Part shown: piece by piece, positions 1 to 8,686 of the stretch | Layout of the letters: every line of letters starts with the position of its first letter | Numbering within the stretch: the stretch's first letter is position 1 | Assembly: GCF_034090835.1 (NCBI RefSeq) | Contig: NZ_JAXDRS010000002.1 | Span: 741 to 64,740, forward strand | Source: Evtepia sp. | GTDB taxonomy: Bacteria; Bacillota; Clostridia; Oscillospirales; Oscillospiraceae | Direction: 5' to 3' | DNA length: 64,000 bases | Program-made: the position numbers and the translations under genes | Notes under the pieces: model-generated | The model's database searches: none | The model's input: the letters and a program-made list of their open reading frames with translations, nothing else | What the model was told of the DNA's origin: nothing

Positions 1-430
1 CCTTCTTGCGGGGGAACCAGTTGTTCATCAGAGTGGAAGTGCCGATCAGACCGAAGGCGTTGGAAATAAAGGTGAACAGGGTCAGGCAGACCAAAAACAG
101 CACGGGGGAGTTCACGTGGCCGAACCAGATGTAGAGCAGGCCGGTGAGGACCAGGGTAAAGGTGCACAGGATGCGCACGCCGGTCTTCATGACCAGGCGG
201 CCGAAGACGATGCCGCCCAGCACGCCGATGATGCCGGCGGGGGTGGCGAAGCCCAGCAGTACGTTGGGATCCCAGCCGTGCAGAGCGGCGAAGGCGCCCG
301 GGTAGACGTTCAGGCCGTCCACGGCCAGGCCGGCCCAGAAGTAGTAGAGCAGCATGGAGTAAAGGATCATACTCCAGCCCCACTTGCCGAAATTGCTGTT
401 GGTGAGCTGTTTGTCAGGTGCTTGATTCAT
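1..430 (-). CDS. MFS transporter, 5' part (runs off the window start)
   Basis: Manual translation from ATG at 430 (RBS AGGAGG): MNQAPDKQLTNSNFGKWGWSMILYSMLLYYFWAG...NNWFPRKK. Multiple hydrophobic helices and an MFS-type WFPRKK loop. Not in the ORF track because the stop lies outside the window. Confidence 0.8.
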   Translation of the reverse strand, partial: MNQAPDKQLTNSNFGKWGWSMILYSMLLYYFWAGLAVDGLNVYPGAFAALHGWDPNVLLGFATPAGIIGVLGGIVFGRLVMKTGVRILCTFTLVLTGLLYIWFGHVNSPVLFLVCLTLFTFISNAFGLIGTSTLMNNWFPRKK

Positions 431-495
431 GAACGATTCCTCCTGTCGTGTAGTAAAAAGACGGTAGAGTGAAAAACGTTGGAGCATCCGCCCGC

Positions 496-1296
496 TCAGA
501 AACGGTCCCGTTCCTCGGCGTAGACCTGGGGCAGGATGGCGGCCAGGTTGGTGAATTCCTTTGCGTTGTGGTAGACCAGGGCGCGGGGGACTTCAATGGG
601 CAGCGCCGCCCCCTCGGGCAGCATCCGGCGGGCCTTGCCGGAGATGATGTGCCAGCCCATCCAGAAGCGGGTGCGCAGCTCGCTGCCGCCGGGGACGCTG
701 CGCAGGAAATGGGTCATCACCACGCTCATCTGGGCGGACCTGGTGGTGCCTGAGTTGGCGCAGACGATGGTGGAGCAGGCGTCCGTGCCGATCTTGTCCT
801 GCTCATAGCCCAGCTCGCGGGGTTCCCGGAAGCTGGCAAAGAGCTCGTCGGCGCCCATGCCGATGTCCTCCCGGATGATGTGGGTGGTGCCCCAGTAGCG
901 CTCCTTCATGGACAGGGCGGCGCAGCGGGCCTGTCCATAGTTGAGGGACACGGCGCCGGTGTGGTCCTCCGGGTCCCATATGGTATAGCGCAGGGGGCCG
1001 CAGCCGTGCCAGGCGAACCACCAGTCGAACATCTCCGCTGTGACGCCGGGCATGGCCGTATGATTCGCAACGAAGCCGGTGCCGTCCTCCAGCACGCAGT
1101 AGCCGGTCTCTACCGGCAGGTAGCCGGACAGAAACAGGTCGTTGCGGTGGTGGATGTCCAGCGCGCAGCCGGGATCGCAGGGGCCCTTGGCCAGCAGCGC
1201 CAGCTTTTCCGCCGGGATCGGGGCCGGCTCCCTGTGGTAATACTTGCTGATCGGCAGGGCCTCCTGCTCCGGGGTGATGGGGATTTTCCTTCCCAT
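496..1296 (-). CDS. DAPG hydrolase (PhlG) / phloretin hydrolase family C-C hydrolase
   Basis: Motifs MPGVTAEMFDWWFAWH, RYTIWDPEDH, ELRTRFWMG, HNAKEFTNLA. Start moved to MGRKIP, which has RBS AGGAGG. Confidence 0.85.
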   Translation of the reverse strand: MGRKIPITPEQEALPISKYYHREPAPIPAEKLALLAKGPCDPGCALDIHHRNDLFLSGYLPVETGYCVLEDGTGFVANHTAMPGVTAEMFDWWFAWHGCGPLRYTIWDPEDHTGAVSLNYGQARCAALSMKERYWGTTHIIREDIGMGADELFASFREPRELGYEQDKIGTDACSTIVCANSGTTRSAQMSVVMTHFLRSVPGGSELRTRFWMGWHIISGKARRMLPEGAALPIEVPRALVYHNAKEFTNLAAILPQVYAEERDRF

Positions 1297-1329
1297 ACAG
1301 TGAAACCTCCTCTCTTGCGCTGCATATAT

Positions 1330-1346
1330 TGCAAGAATCGTGCCAA
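1330..1346 (-). promoter_or_regulatory. sigma-54 (-24/-12) promoter
   Basis: Minus strand reads TTGGCACGATTCTTGCA, matching YTGGCACG-N4-TTGCW, 33 bp upstream of the hydrolase start. Confidence 0.8.
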
Positions 1347-1532
1347 ATCGTAAAAAGCGGGATTTGCGCCCCTGACCCACGACAGGACGGGCCGGTTTGG
1401 GCGCAGGGTCCCCGCAGGGAAAGATACAGTTGTATTACTTTTGAACAAATGGATAGAGACAGACGAAACGGTTTTACAGCCGGGCGGGATGTGCTATACT
1501 GAGGCTAAACGGATGCGAAGAGGAGGGCGGAT

Positions 1533-1619
1533 ATGCTGACGCTGTGCCTGATGCTGCTGGCCGAGGAGGCCGTGCAGGAGTCCATGGTGAAGATCGCGGT
1601 GCATTTTGAAACATTTTGA
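1533..1619 (+). pseudogene. ECF-type sigma factor remnant (28 codons)
   Basis: RBS AGGAGG then MLTLCLMLLAEEAVQESMVKIAVHFETF*. AEEAVQES resembles the ECF region-2 motif AEDAVQE. A TGCTATACT -10-like element lies upstream. Confidence 0.5.
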
Positions 1620-1866
1620 AAAATTTTAGCAAGAATGAACGGGAGACAGCTGGCTAAGGAGTGAGGGGAGCCAACCTCTTTTATGGGGGCAAAAATTTTT
1701 GAGATTAGTCAAGAATAAACTGGATTTCTACAGTAGTGTCAACAGGACCAAACACGGATATTACCTATTCGGTATGTGATGCTTTATCTGTAATTTATAC
1801 TGGCTTGAAAGCAATCGGCATCTGCAGATTTTCATCCGCGAAGGAAGCCAAGGGCTAGTAGGCTGC

Positions 1867-1905
1867 AAAAAAACGCACCTGCAGCAAAGTTGCCGCAGGT
1901 GCGTT
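1867..1905 (-). terminator. intrinsic terminator of the TRAP operon
   Basis: Stem AACGCACCTGC...GCAGGTGCGTT followed by a T-run on the minus strand, just past the dctM stop. Confidence 0.8.
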
Positions 1906-1925
1906 ATTAGCGGGGAGCTAGTCGG

Positions 1926-3212
1926 TTAGCCCATCATGGAGTTGGGGATAGCCATAACCAAATCGGGGACGTAAGTAATAAGAAATAGAATGGCAATACT
2001 GAGCAAAATGTACTGAACTGTATGCTTGCTGATTACAACCTCCACCTTGTCCTTAGTGAGCCCGGCGGCCACAAACAAATTGAGGCCCAAGGGAGGAGTG
2101 GCGCAACCAATAGCTAGGTTGATGCACATCACCACGCCGAAATGGACGGGATGTATGCCAAAGGCGGTTAGGATAGGAGCGAAAATAGGAGCTAGAATCA
2201 GGATAGCTGCGGTGGTCTCCATGAAACAGCCTACGATGAGGAGCAGGATATTGACCAACAGCAGGAAAATATACTTGTTGGGACAGATGCTTATGATAAA
2301 CTCTGCAATTGCATTGGTGATTTGGTAGCGAGCCATAACAAACCCGAATACAGCAGCACAGGCCATAATAAATAGAACCATGCCCGTGGAGGAAGAGGCG
2401 CCCATCAAAACGTTCTTCAGTTCCTTGAGCCGCAACTCGCGGTAGATAAACATACCTACAATGAGACCATAGGCACAGGCCACACCGGCAGCCTCAGTAG
2501 GAGTAAAAATACCGCCGTAGATACCGCCCAGAATAATGATGGGCATCAAAAGAGCGCCAATGGCATCCACAGTGCTCTTGCCCAGATTGCGCAGGCTGAA
2601 TTTAATACGGGGTATTTCTGCTTGGTGCTTGATGCCATACTGAATCGGAATAACCGCCATGGCGAGCCCCATTAAAATACCGGGAAGAATGCCACCCATG
2701 AACATGGAGCCTACAGAGGCGTCGCTGACGGACGAGTAGGATACCATGACGGTGGAGGGGGGGATAATACAACCCAGTATACCGGCCACTGCCACGGTCG
2801 CCAGGGAAAAGCGCTTACTATAACCTGCCTCAATCATGGAGGGAACCATAATACTTCCGATAGCGGCACAGGTAGCAGTGGGGGAACCGGACAGGGCACC
2901 AAAGAGCATGCAGGCGAAAACAGCTACTACGCCCAGCCCGCCGGGCATCCACCCCAGAATAGCGTTACAAAAATTGACTAGTCGGCGGGAGATACCGCCG
3001 GAGGACATTAGGTTGCCTGCTAACATAAACAGTGGAATGGCCATAATTGTGAAGCTGTCCAGAGAGCCGAACATGCGCTGGCCGATGATGATGGGGCTGA
3101 TATCGCCTCCGGCCAAGATGACAAGGGCCCCAGCCGCGACTAGGCACAAGGCGATAGGTACACCAAAAACCAACAGAACAACAAATACAATAAAGAGAAT
3201 GGCACATTCCAT
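1926..3212 (-). CDS. dctM: TRAP transporter large permease
   Basis: 428 aa, highly hydrophobic; motifs AIPLFMLAG, GIFTPTEAA, TPPLGLNLFV. Confidence 0.95.
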   Translation of the reverse strand: MECAILFIVFVVLLVFGVPIALCLVAAGALVILAGGDISPIIIGQRMFGSLDSFTIMAIPLFMLAGNLMSSGGISRRLVNFCNAILGWMPGGLGVVAVFACMLFGALSGSPTATCAAIGSIMVPSMIEAGYSKRFSLATVAVAGILGCIIPPSTVMVSYSSVSDASVGSMFMGGILPGILMGLAMAVIPIQYGIKHQAEIPRIKFSLRNLGKSTVDAIGALLMPIIILGGIYGGIFTPTEAAGVACAYGLIVGMFIYRELRLKELKNVLMGASSSTGMVLFIMACAAVFGFVMARYQITNAIAEFIISICPNKYIFLLLVNILLLIVGCFMETTAAILILAPIFAPILTAFGIHPVHFGVVMCINLAIGCATPPLGLNLFVAAGLTKDKVEVVISKHTVQYILLSIAILFLITYVPDLVMAIPNSMMG

Positions 3213-3718
3213 TATTCCGTGACCTCCTTCGGCTCCTTACGGTTGGGCATAAAGTCGCAAATTACATCTGTAATAGTGTGAATAACACTTAGAGCCATAG
3301 AAATGGGGATAACGATAAAGATGAACGCAATGGGAATCCGGGTAGCAGTGGTCAATTGGGCGCTACTGAGATATTTGTTGAAACACATGCAGGCGAAAAA
3401 GAACACCCCAATAACAATAACTGCTGTAAAGATATTACGGATTTTTTTAATACATGGATGCCAAGATGCGGGTAGCATCTCGGAAAAAACCACGACACCC
3501 ACATGGCCGTGGGTACGGAAGCAGTAAGCTGCTCCGCTATAGCCGCACCAAATCATCAGATAACGCGCAATCTCCTCGCCCTGCATGAACTCAATCTTGA
3601 AGACATAGCGGCACAACACAATGGCGATAGTGACTACTACCATGGCAATAAAAGATATCATGGCGACCCACTCTTCAACTCCGCCAATTACTTTTCCTAT
3701 CTTTTTTACGACGGACAT
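3212..3718 (-). CDS. dctQ: TRAP transporter small permease
   Basis: Four TM segments and EEIARYLMIW motif; lies between dctP and dctM; start MSVVKK. Confidence 0.9.
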   Translation of the reverse strand: MSVVKKIGKVIGGVEEWVAMISFIAMVVVTIAIVLCRYVFKIEFMQGEEIARYLMIWCGYSGAAYCFRTHGHVGVVVFSEMLPASWHPCIKKIRNIFTAVIVIGVFFFACMCFNKYLSSAQLTTATRIPIAFIFIVIPISMALSVIHTITDVICDFMPNRKEPKEVTE

Positions 3719-3769
3719 TTCAACACTCAACTCCCCCACGCGGCTTATTTATGCTATGCGCATTTTAGT

Positions 3770-3812
3770 GCGCGGAGGACAGCGGCTAGTCTTAGCCACA
3801 TATCCTCCGCGC
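3770..3812. other. intergenic stem-loop between dctP and dctQ
   Basis: GCGCGGAGGA...TCCTCCGCGC outer stem with inner GGCTA/TAGCC. This is the usual position for an mRNA-stabilising hairpin after a solute-binding protein gene. Confidence 0.6.
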
Positions 3813-3849
3813 GGTATTTGAACAAATTGTAGGCAAAGTAAAACCAGAG

Positions 3850-4923
3850 TTACTGGAGAGCTGCCTCAGCCTCCTGAATACGGGTAATCATATCGGCATC
3901 AATGCCGACAGTCCCCACATACTTATCGTACACGGAGGACATAGCCTCGGCCCACTCAGCTGTGTCTACATCGATGATTTCCACACCAGAGTCTACAATA
4001 TTGTTTTTATAAGTTTCAGCATACTCAAAGGCAATCTCGCGCTGATATACAACGGCCTCGTTAAAAGCTTTTTGAACGATTTCCTGATCCTCGGAGGACA
4101 GAGAATTCCACAAATCTTCGTTCATTACCACCAAGGAAGGGATAAAGTGGTGGTTGGTCATGGTGATATATTTGACCTGCTCGTAGAACTTACCGCCATA
4201 CATATTCGTCAAAGTAGTGCCGGACACGGCGTCAATGGTATGTTGCTGCAGGGAGGTATAGATGTCGCCCCAAGCCACGGACAGGGGCATTGCCCCGATG
4301 GCAGCAAAAGAATCGGATTGCAAGTTGGAGGAGTGAGAGCGGACACGGACACCCTGCATATCTTCGGGATGCTCGATGCGGACGTTGCTGCCTACCATGT
4401 AGGTGCCATTTTCAAAATAACCGAGCCCCTTAAAACCACTGCCTTCCAGAGCGGCACAACGGTCGGCAGCCAGCCAATCATCCATGATAGCCCAAGCATC
4501 CTCCACGGACTGGAACAAATAGGGGAGATCAAAGTAGTTCTGACTATCTACAAAGCCCGACATAGAGGGGGTAGAACAGATAGAAAAATCCAGAGTCCCC
4601 ATTTGAACGGACTCTAACATCGCAATTTCGGAACCTAGAACGCCGCCGCTTTGAACGGTCAACTCCATGCGGCCGCCGGAATACTCATTTAGCAATTCAG
4701 CGAATTTCACTAAGCCAAGATCCCAAGGCTGGTCGGCAGCTAGGACGTTGCCAACCTGCCAGTGATAGGTAGGACCATCGGAAGGAGAATTGGTGTCATT
4801 ACTAGGGGCTCCGCTATTGGTGGGGGGAGTTGTATTACCGGAAGTTCCTTGGCTACCGCCGCTACAGGCGGCGAGGGAAATGACCATTGAGAGGGCCAGA
4901 AACAGGGCAATAGCTTTTTTCAT
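3850..4923 (-). CDS. dctP: TRAP solute-binding lipoprotein
   Basis: Lipobox LAAC, low-complexity linker, motifs FDLPYLF, PEDMQGVRVR, IYTSLQQHTIDA. Confidence 0.92.
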   Translation of the reverse strand: MKKAIALFLALSMVISLAACSGGSQGTSGNTTPPTNSGAPSNDTNSPSDGPTYHWQVGNVLAADQPWDLGLVKFAELLNEYSGGRMELTVQSGGVLGSEIAMLESVQMGTLDFSICSTPSMSGFVDSQNYFDLPYLFQSVEDAWAIMDDWLAADRCAALEGSGFKGLGYFENGTYMVGSNVRIEHPEDMQGVRVRSHSSNLQSDSFAAIGAMPLSVAWGDIYTSLQQHTIDAVSGTTLTNMYGGKFYEQVKYITMTNHHFIPSLVVMNEDLWNSLSSEDQEIVQKAFNEAVVYQREIAFEYAETYKNNIVDSGVEIIDVDTAEWAEAMSSVYDKYVGTVGIDADMITRIQEAEAALQ

Positions 4924-4994
4924 AAGTATCCACATCCTTACTCATTATTTCAGTTCATCCCTAAAAGGTTGCACAATGTAAAACAGATCCGATC

Positions 4995-5336
4995 TTAGGT
5001 GTAGTTACCGATAACCAACATCCGCGCAAGCAGATTGGTCTCATTGAGGAGACTGCGTCCCTCGTTGGGACGGAAAGAAATAGCTTCTCCGGCATTAACA
5101 ATATGCTTCTCGTTGTTCTTGTCGGTAACAGTCATGGAACCCTCAAGTACATAATAGACCTTCTCCTGGGGGCTGGACTCATCCCACGCTGCTCCGCCGC
5201 CGGGCAGGAAGGTGGAAACGCCGATCCAGAACTTCTCGGCTCCGGTCTCTTCCTTGCCATGGATCCGCATGGCGACCATGTTGAAATGACCAGGGGCGTT
5301 ATAAGGCTTCAAATCTGCAACAGTACGCTTGACCAT
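4995..5336 (-). CDS. cupin domain protein
   Basis: 113 aa; EKVYYVLEGSM and GEAISFRPNE cupin motifs; RBS AAGGAG. Confidence 0.85.
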   Translation of the reverse strand: MVKRTVADLKPYNAPGHFNMVAMRIHGKEETGAEKFWIGVSTFLPGGGAAWDESSPQEKVYYVLEGSMTVTDKNNEKHIVNAGEAISFRPNEGRSLLNETNLLARMLVIGNYT

Positions 5337-6174
5337 AATGAAATCGCTCCTTTGGTAAAAAGATTTTTGGCTCCTTCACTTGCTTGTAGTTGTCTCCATA
5401 TTTGTATTTGTAAGCTCACGTTTCACCTCCCTTTCTACTGGATAACCCCTTTGCCGATGTAGAAACATTGGGATTAAACAGGCCGTTTGTCTATGCGTTC
5501 GACATAGACCGGGTTAGGAACCACGGCCTAATTGGAACCTCTGCAATTATGAAGTGATCTCGTGTTATGTGATGGTATGTGGTCATACTTTGCACATTTG
5601 ACGCTAGGCGTTTAAGTAATTTGCTAGGCAGGGTGCTTTCAAAATTGTACCCAAGGATATTTTCTGAGGTAGCGGCAAAATTTTTGCCGTTGGACGTCCA
5701 ACGGCATGGAAGGCGCGCCTTCCATGATAACCTTTAAAGATAGATATCATGCTTTATGAAATAAAGCATGTATGATGGTGCCGCTATAGTAAAAACACGC
5801 AGTTTTAATATGCTGGGATGTGTTGCAGCTAGTTTCCAATTGATCAACTTAACATTGCTTTATGCCAATAGTTTAATTAAGAAATAGCTGACAGGCAATA
5901 CGTACAAATATGTAAGCAAATAACTTTGTGGTATGTGCTAACAAAGTAACAAATACATATTTTTGTAGAAAACGCCAAAAAGTTCTTTAATATTTTATAT
6001 AATAGGTCAATAAGATAAAAAAGAAAGCCTAAAGATACTGTAAAAAGAAACAAAAATTGTGCAAAAAAATTGTCGATTAAATAGTTTGTATGGGCAGCGC
6101 ATCAGATTGGAAAGGACAGAGTATTTGAGAAAGACCATAAACTGCAGTAAAAGCCCGGCCAAATGAAAAAAAGC

Positions 6175-6203
6175 TTGCAAATAGGGGCATGCTGTGCTAA
6201 AAT
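6175..6203 (+). promoter_or_regulatory. sigma-A promoter of rpsB-tsf
   Basis: TTGCAA - 17 bp - TAAAAT with an extended -10 TG. Confidence 0.7.
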
Positions 6204-6218
6204 ACTCCAGCATGTGAT

Positions 6219-6296
6219 TACGCACACCCGCGGACGGAGGGCCGGGTGCCTCTGGGATCAGAGGTCGGCCTGCTTCGGAAGATGCGGGTGGAGGAA
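6219..6296 (+). promoter_or_regulatory. rpsB 5' leader (S2 autoregulatory structure candidate)
   Basis: CACCCGC...GCGGGTG closing stem in the 5' UTR of rpsB. Confidence 0.55.
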
Positions 6297-6322
6297 TCAA
6301 CAATTAAAGGAGGAATATCCCT

Positions 6323-7057
6323 ATGGCAGTCGTATCCATGAAGCAGCTTCTCGAGGCGGGTGTCCACTTTGGCCACCAGACCCGCCGCTGGAACCCCAAG
6401 ATGGCCACCTATATCTACACCGAGCGCAACGGCATCTATATCATCGACCTGCAGAAGACCGTCAAGAAGCTGGAAGAGGCCTATAACTTCGTCCGTTCCC
6501 TGGGCGAGACCGGTCAGTCCCTGCTGTTTGTCGGCACCAAGAAGCAGGCGCAGGAGGCCATCAAGGAAGAGGCCGAGCGCGTGGGCATGTATTATGTGAA
6601 CGCCCGCTGGCTGGGCGGCATGCTCACCAACTTCAAGACCATGCGCGGCCGTGTGGACCGTCTCAACCAGCTCAAGAAGATGCAGGAGGACGGCACCTTC
6701 GACATGCTGCCCAAGAAGGAAGTTATCAAGCACATGGGCGAGATCGCCAAGCTGGAAAAGTACCTGGGCGGCGTGGTCGAAATGAAGCGTCTGCCCGGCG
6801 CCCTGTTCGTGGTTGACCCCCGCAAGGAGCGCAACGCCATCAACGAGGCCCGCAAGCTGAACATCCCCATCGTTGCTATCGTCGACACCAACTGCGATCC
6901 CGACGAGATCGACTACGTGATCCCCGGCAACGATGACGCCATCCGCGCCATCCGCCTGATCTCCTCCGTGATGGCTAACGCTATCCAGGAAGGCAAGCAG
7001 GGCGCTGACGCCGCTGAGGCTGCCGCAGAGGAAGCTGCTGCTCCCGCTGAGGCCTGA
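6323..7057 (+). CDS. rpsB: 30S ribosomal protein S2
   Basis: [22 protein letters not shown] ... [10 protein letters not shown]. Confidence 0.99.
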   Translation: MAVVSMKQLLEAGVHFGHQTRRWNPKMATYIYTERNGIYIIDLQKTVKKLEEAYNFVRSLGETGQSLLFVGTKKQAQEAIKEEAERVGMYYVNARWLGGMLTNFKTMRGRVDRLNQLKKMQEDGTFDMLPKKEVIKHMGEIAKLEKYLGGVVEMKRLPGALFVVDPRKERNAINEARKLNIPIVAIVDTNCDPDEIDYVIPGNDDAIRAIRLISSVMANAIQEGKQGADAAEAAAEEAAAPAEA

Positions 7058-7144
7058 GACTGACCCTTTCGCAAGTGCCCGTTTGGTAACGGGCACTTGC
7101 GCTTGAATATTCAATCGATTTAAATAAGTTGGAGGTTTGTTACC

Positions 7145-8074
7145 ATGGCATTTACTGCTGCTGATGTTAAGACCCTGCGTGAGATGACCGGTGTTGGTAT
7201 GCTGGACTGCAAGAAGGCTCTGGCTGAGACCGACGGCGATATGGACAAGGCTGTTGAGCTGCTGAGAGAAAAGGGCCTGGCTGCTGCACAGAAGAAGGCT
7301 GGCCGTATTGCTGCAGAAGGCATGGCTTACGCCGAAGTGTTTGCTGACGGCGCTGCTCTGGTCGAAGTGAACGCTGAGACCGACTTCGTTGCTAAGAACG
7401 AGAAGTTTGTGGAGTTCGTGAAGGATATCTGCTATGTGGTCGGCAAGTGGGGCCCCGTGGACATGGAGACCCTCATGACCCTGCCTTACCGTAAGACTGG
7501 TCTGACCGTTCAGCAGGCTCTGCAGGAGATGGTCCTGACCATCGGCGAGAACATCCAGATCCGCCGTTTCGAGCGCTATGACTCCGGCGTGAGCATCGCT
7601 TACAACCACATGAACGGCCGTATCGGCGTTCTGCTGAACATGGAAGTTTCCGCTGGCCTGGAAGAGAACGAGAAGGTCGTCGAGCTGGGTAAGGATCTGG
7701 CTATGCAGATCGCTGCTATGAACCCCGCTTTCCTGGACAAGGCCGACGTGAGCCAGGAGACTCTGGACAAGGAGAAGGAGATCCAGCTGGCTATGATGGC
7801 CAACGATCCCAAGATGGCTGCCAAGCCCGACAAGGTCAAGGAAGGCATCGTGATGGGCAAGCTGGGCAAGTACTACGAAGAGAACTGCCTGATGCAGCAG
7901 GCTTTCGTGAAGGAGAACAAGGTCTCCGTGGAGAAGCATGTTGCTGAAGTCGCCAAGGAAATGGGCGGCACCATCCAGGTGAAGGGCTTCTATCGTTTCG
8001 AGAGAGGCGAGGGCCTGGAGAAGAAGCAGGAGAACTTTGCGGAAGAGATCGCAAAGCAGCTGGAAAAGAAGTAA
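7145..8074 (+). CDS. tsf: translation elongation factor Ts
   Basis: LREMTGVGMLDCKKAL and ETDFVAKN; follows rpsB. Confidence 0.99.
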   Translation: MAFTAADVKTLREMTGVGMLDCKKALAETDGDMDKAVELLREKGLAAAQKKAGRIAAEGMAYAEVFADGAALVEVNAETDFVAKNEKFVEFVKDICYVVGKWGPVDMETLMTLPYRKTGLTVQQALQEMVLTIGENIQIRRFERYDSGVSIAYNHMNGRIGVLLNMEVSAGLEENEKVVELGKDLAMQIAAMNPAFLDKADVSQETLDKEKEIQLAMMANDPKMAAKPDKVKEGIVMGKLGKYYEENCLMQQAFVKENKVSVEKHVAEVAKEMGGTIQVKGFYRFERGEGLEKKQENFAEEIAKQLEKK

Positions 8075-8089
8075 GTTTGGTTTCATAAC

Positions 8090-8127
8090 GAGAGCGGGTT
8101 TTACCACATGGTGAGACCCGCTCTTTT
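8090..8127 (+). terminator. terminator after tsf
   Basis: GAGCGGGT...ACCCGCTC hairpin followed by TTTT. Confidence 0.75.
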
Positions 8128-8143
8128 CCTGAAAGGGGATGGG

Positions 8144-8584
8144 ATGATGTACACGATCAAAGAGACGCAGGATTTTCATCCGCTGTCTATTCTTTACCAG
8201 GAGAGCGGCTTAGAGGTAAAGCCCTCTCAGGAACCCCCGGCAGGGACCGAGAAGCTGTGGCGCTGCGAAGAGAACGGGACAGGAGATTTACTGGCGGCAG
8301 CTACCCTGCAGAAGCGCAGCGGATACTTTGTGCTGGCCCATTTGGCGGTCTGTGAGCCATGGAGGGGCAGGGGACTGGGAAAGATCCTTCTTGCGCTGGC
8401 AGAGGAGGAGGCCAAAGCCCGGGGGGCGCAGGAGATTTGGCTGGTTGGTAAAGTACCGGAGTTTTATGCTCAGTACCAGTGGGAAACCGTCCCCAGAGAA
8501 GAGGCCCCAGCGATCTCGCGCTGCCTGACCTGTGATCAGTTCCAGGCCTCTTGTTTTCCCAGCATTATGAAAAAGCGATTATAA
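8144..8584 (+). CDS. GNAT family N-acetyltransferase
   Basis: LAVCEPWRGRGLGKILL acetyl-CoA-binding motif; C-terminal CxxC. Confidence 0.85.
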   Translation: MMYTIKETQDFHPLSILYQESGLEVKPSQEPPAGTEKLWRCEENGTGDLLAAATLQKRSGYFVLAHLAVCEPWRGRGLGKILLALAEEEAKARGAQEIWLVGKVPEFYAQYQWETVPREEAPAISRCLTCDQFQASCFPSIMKKRL

Positions 8585-8590
8585 AAATAA

Positions 8591-8633
8591 GAGAGAGGCT
8601 ATCCCCCGGCCCAGCCGGGGGATAGCCTCTCTT
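8591..8633. terminator. hairpin between convergent genes
   Basis: AGAGGCTATCCCCCGG/CCGGGGGATAGCCTCT perfect stem; a second hairpin follows at ~8638-8677. Confidence 0.75.
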
Positions 8634-8686
8634 CCAGCCTCCAGCCCGCCGATGAAAGACATCGGCGGCTGGAGAGGTAGATCAGA

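Noticed and set aside
5855..5872. Possible sigma-54 promoter for the TRAP operon (TTGGCA on the minus strand)
   Set aside because: No GC at the -12 position with the required spacing.
6218..8179. 653-aa ORF on the minus strand, and similar long antisense ORFs at 8801-10432, 11999-14044, 33243-34943, 40284-42092 and 62004-63233
   Set aside because: These are shadow frames opposite well-supported genes in high-GC, codon-biased DNA, with no recognisable motifs.
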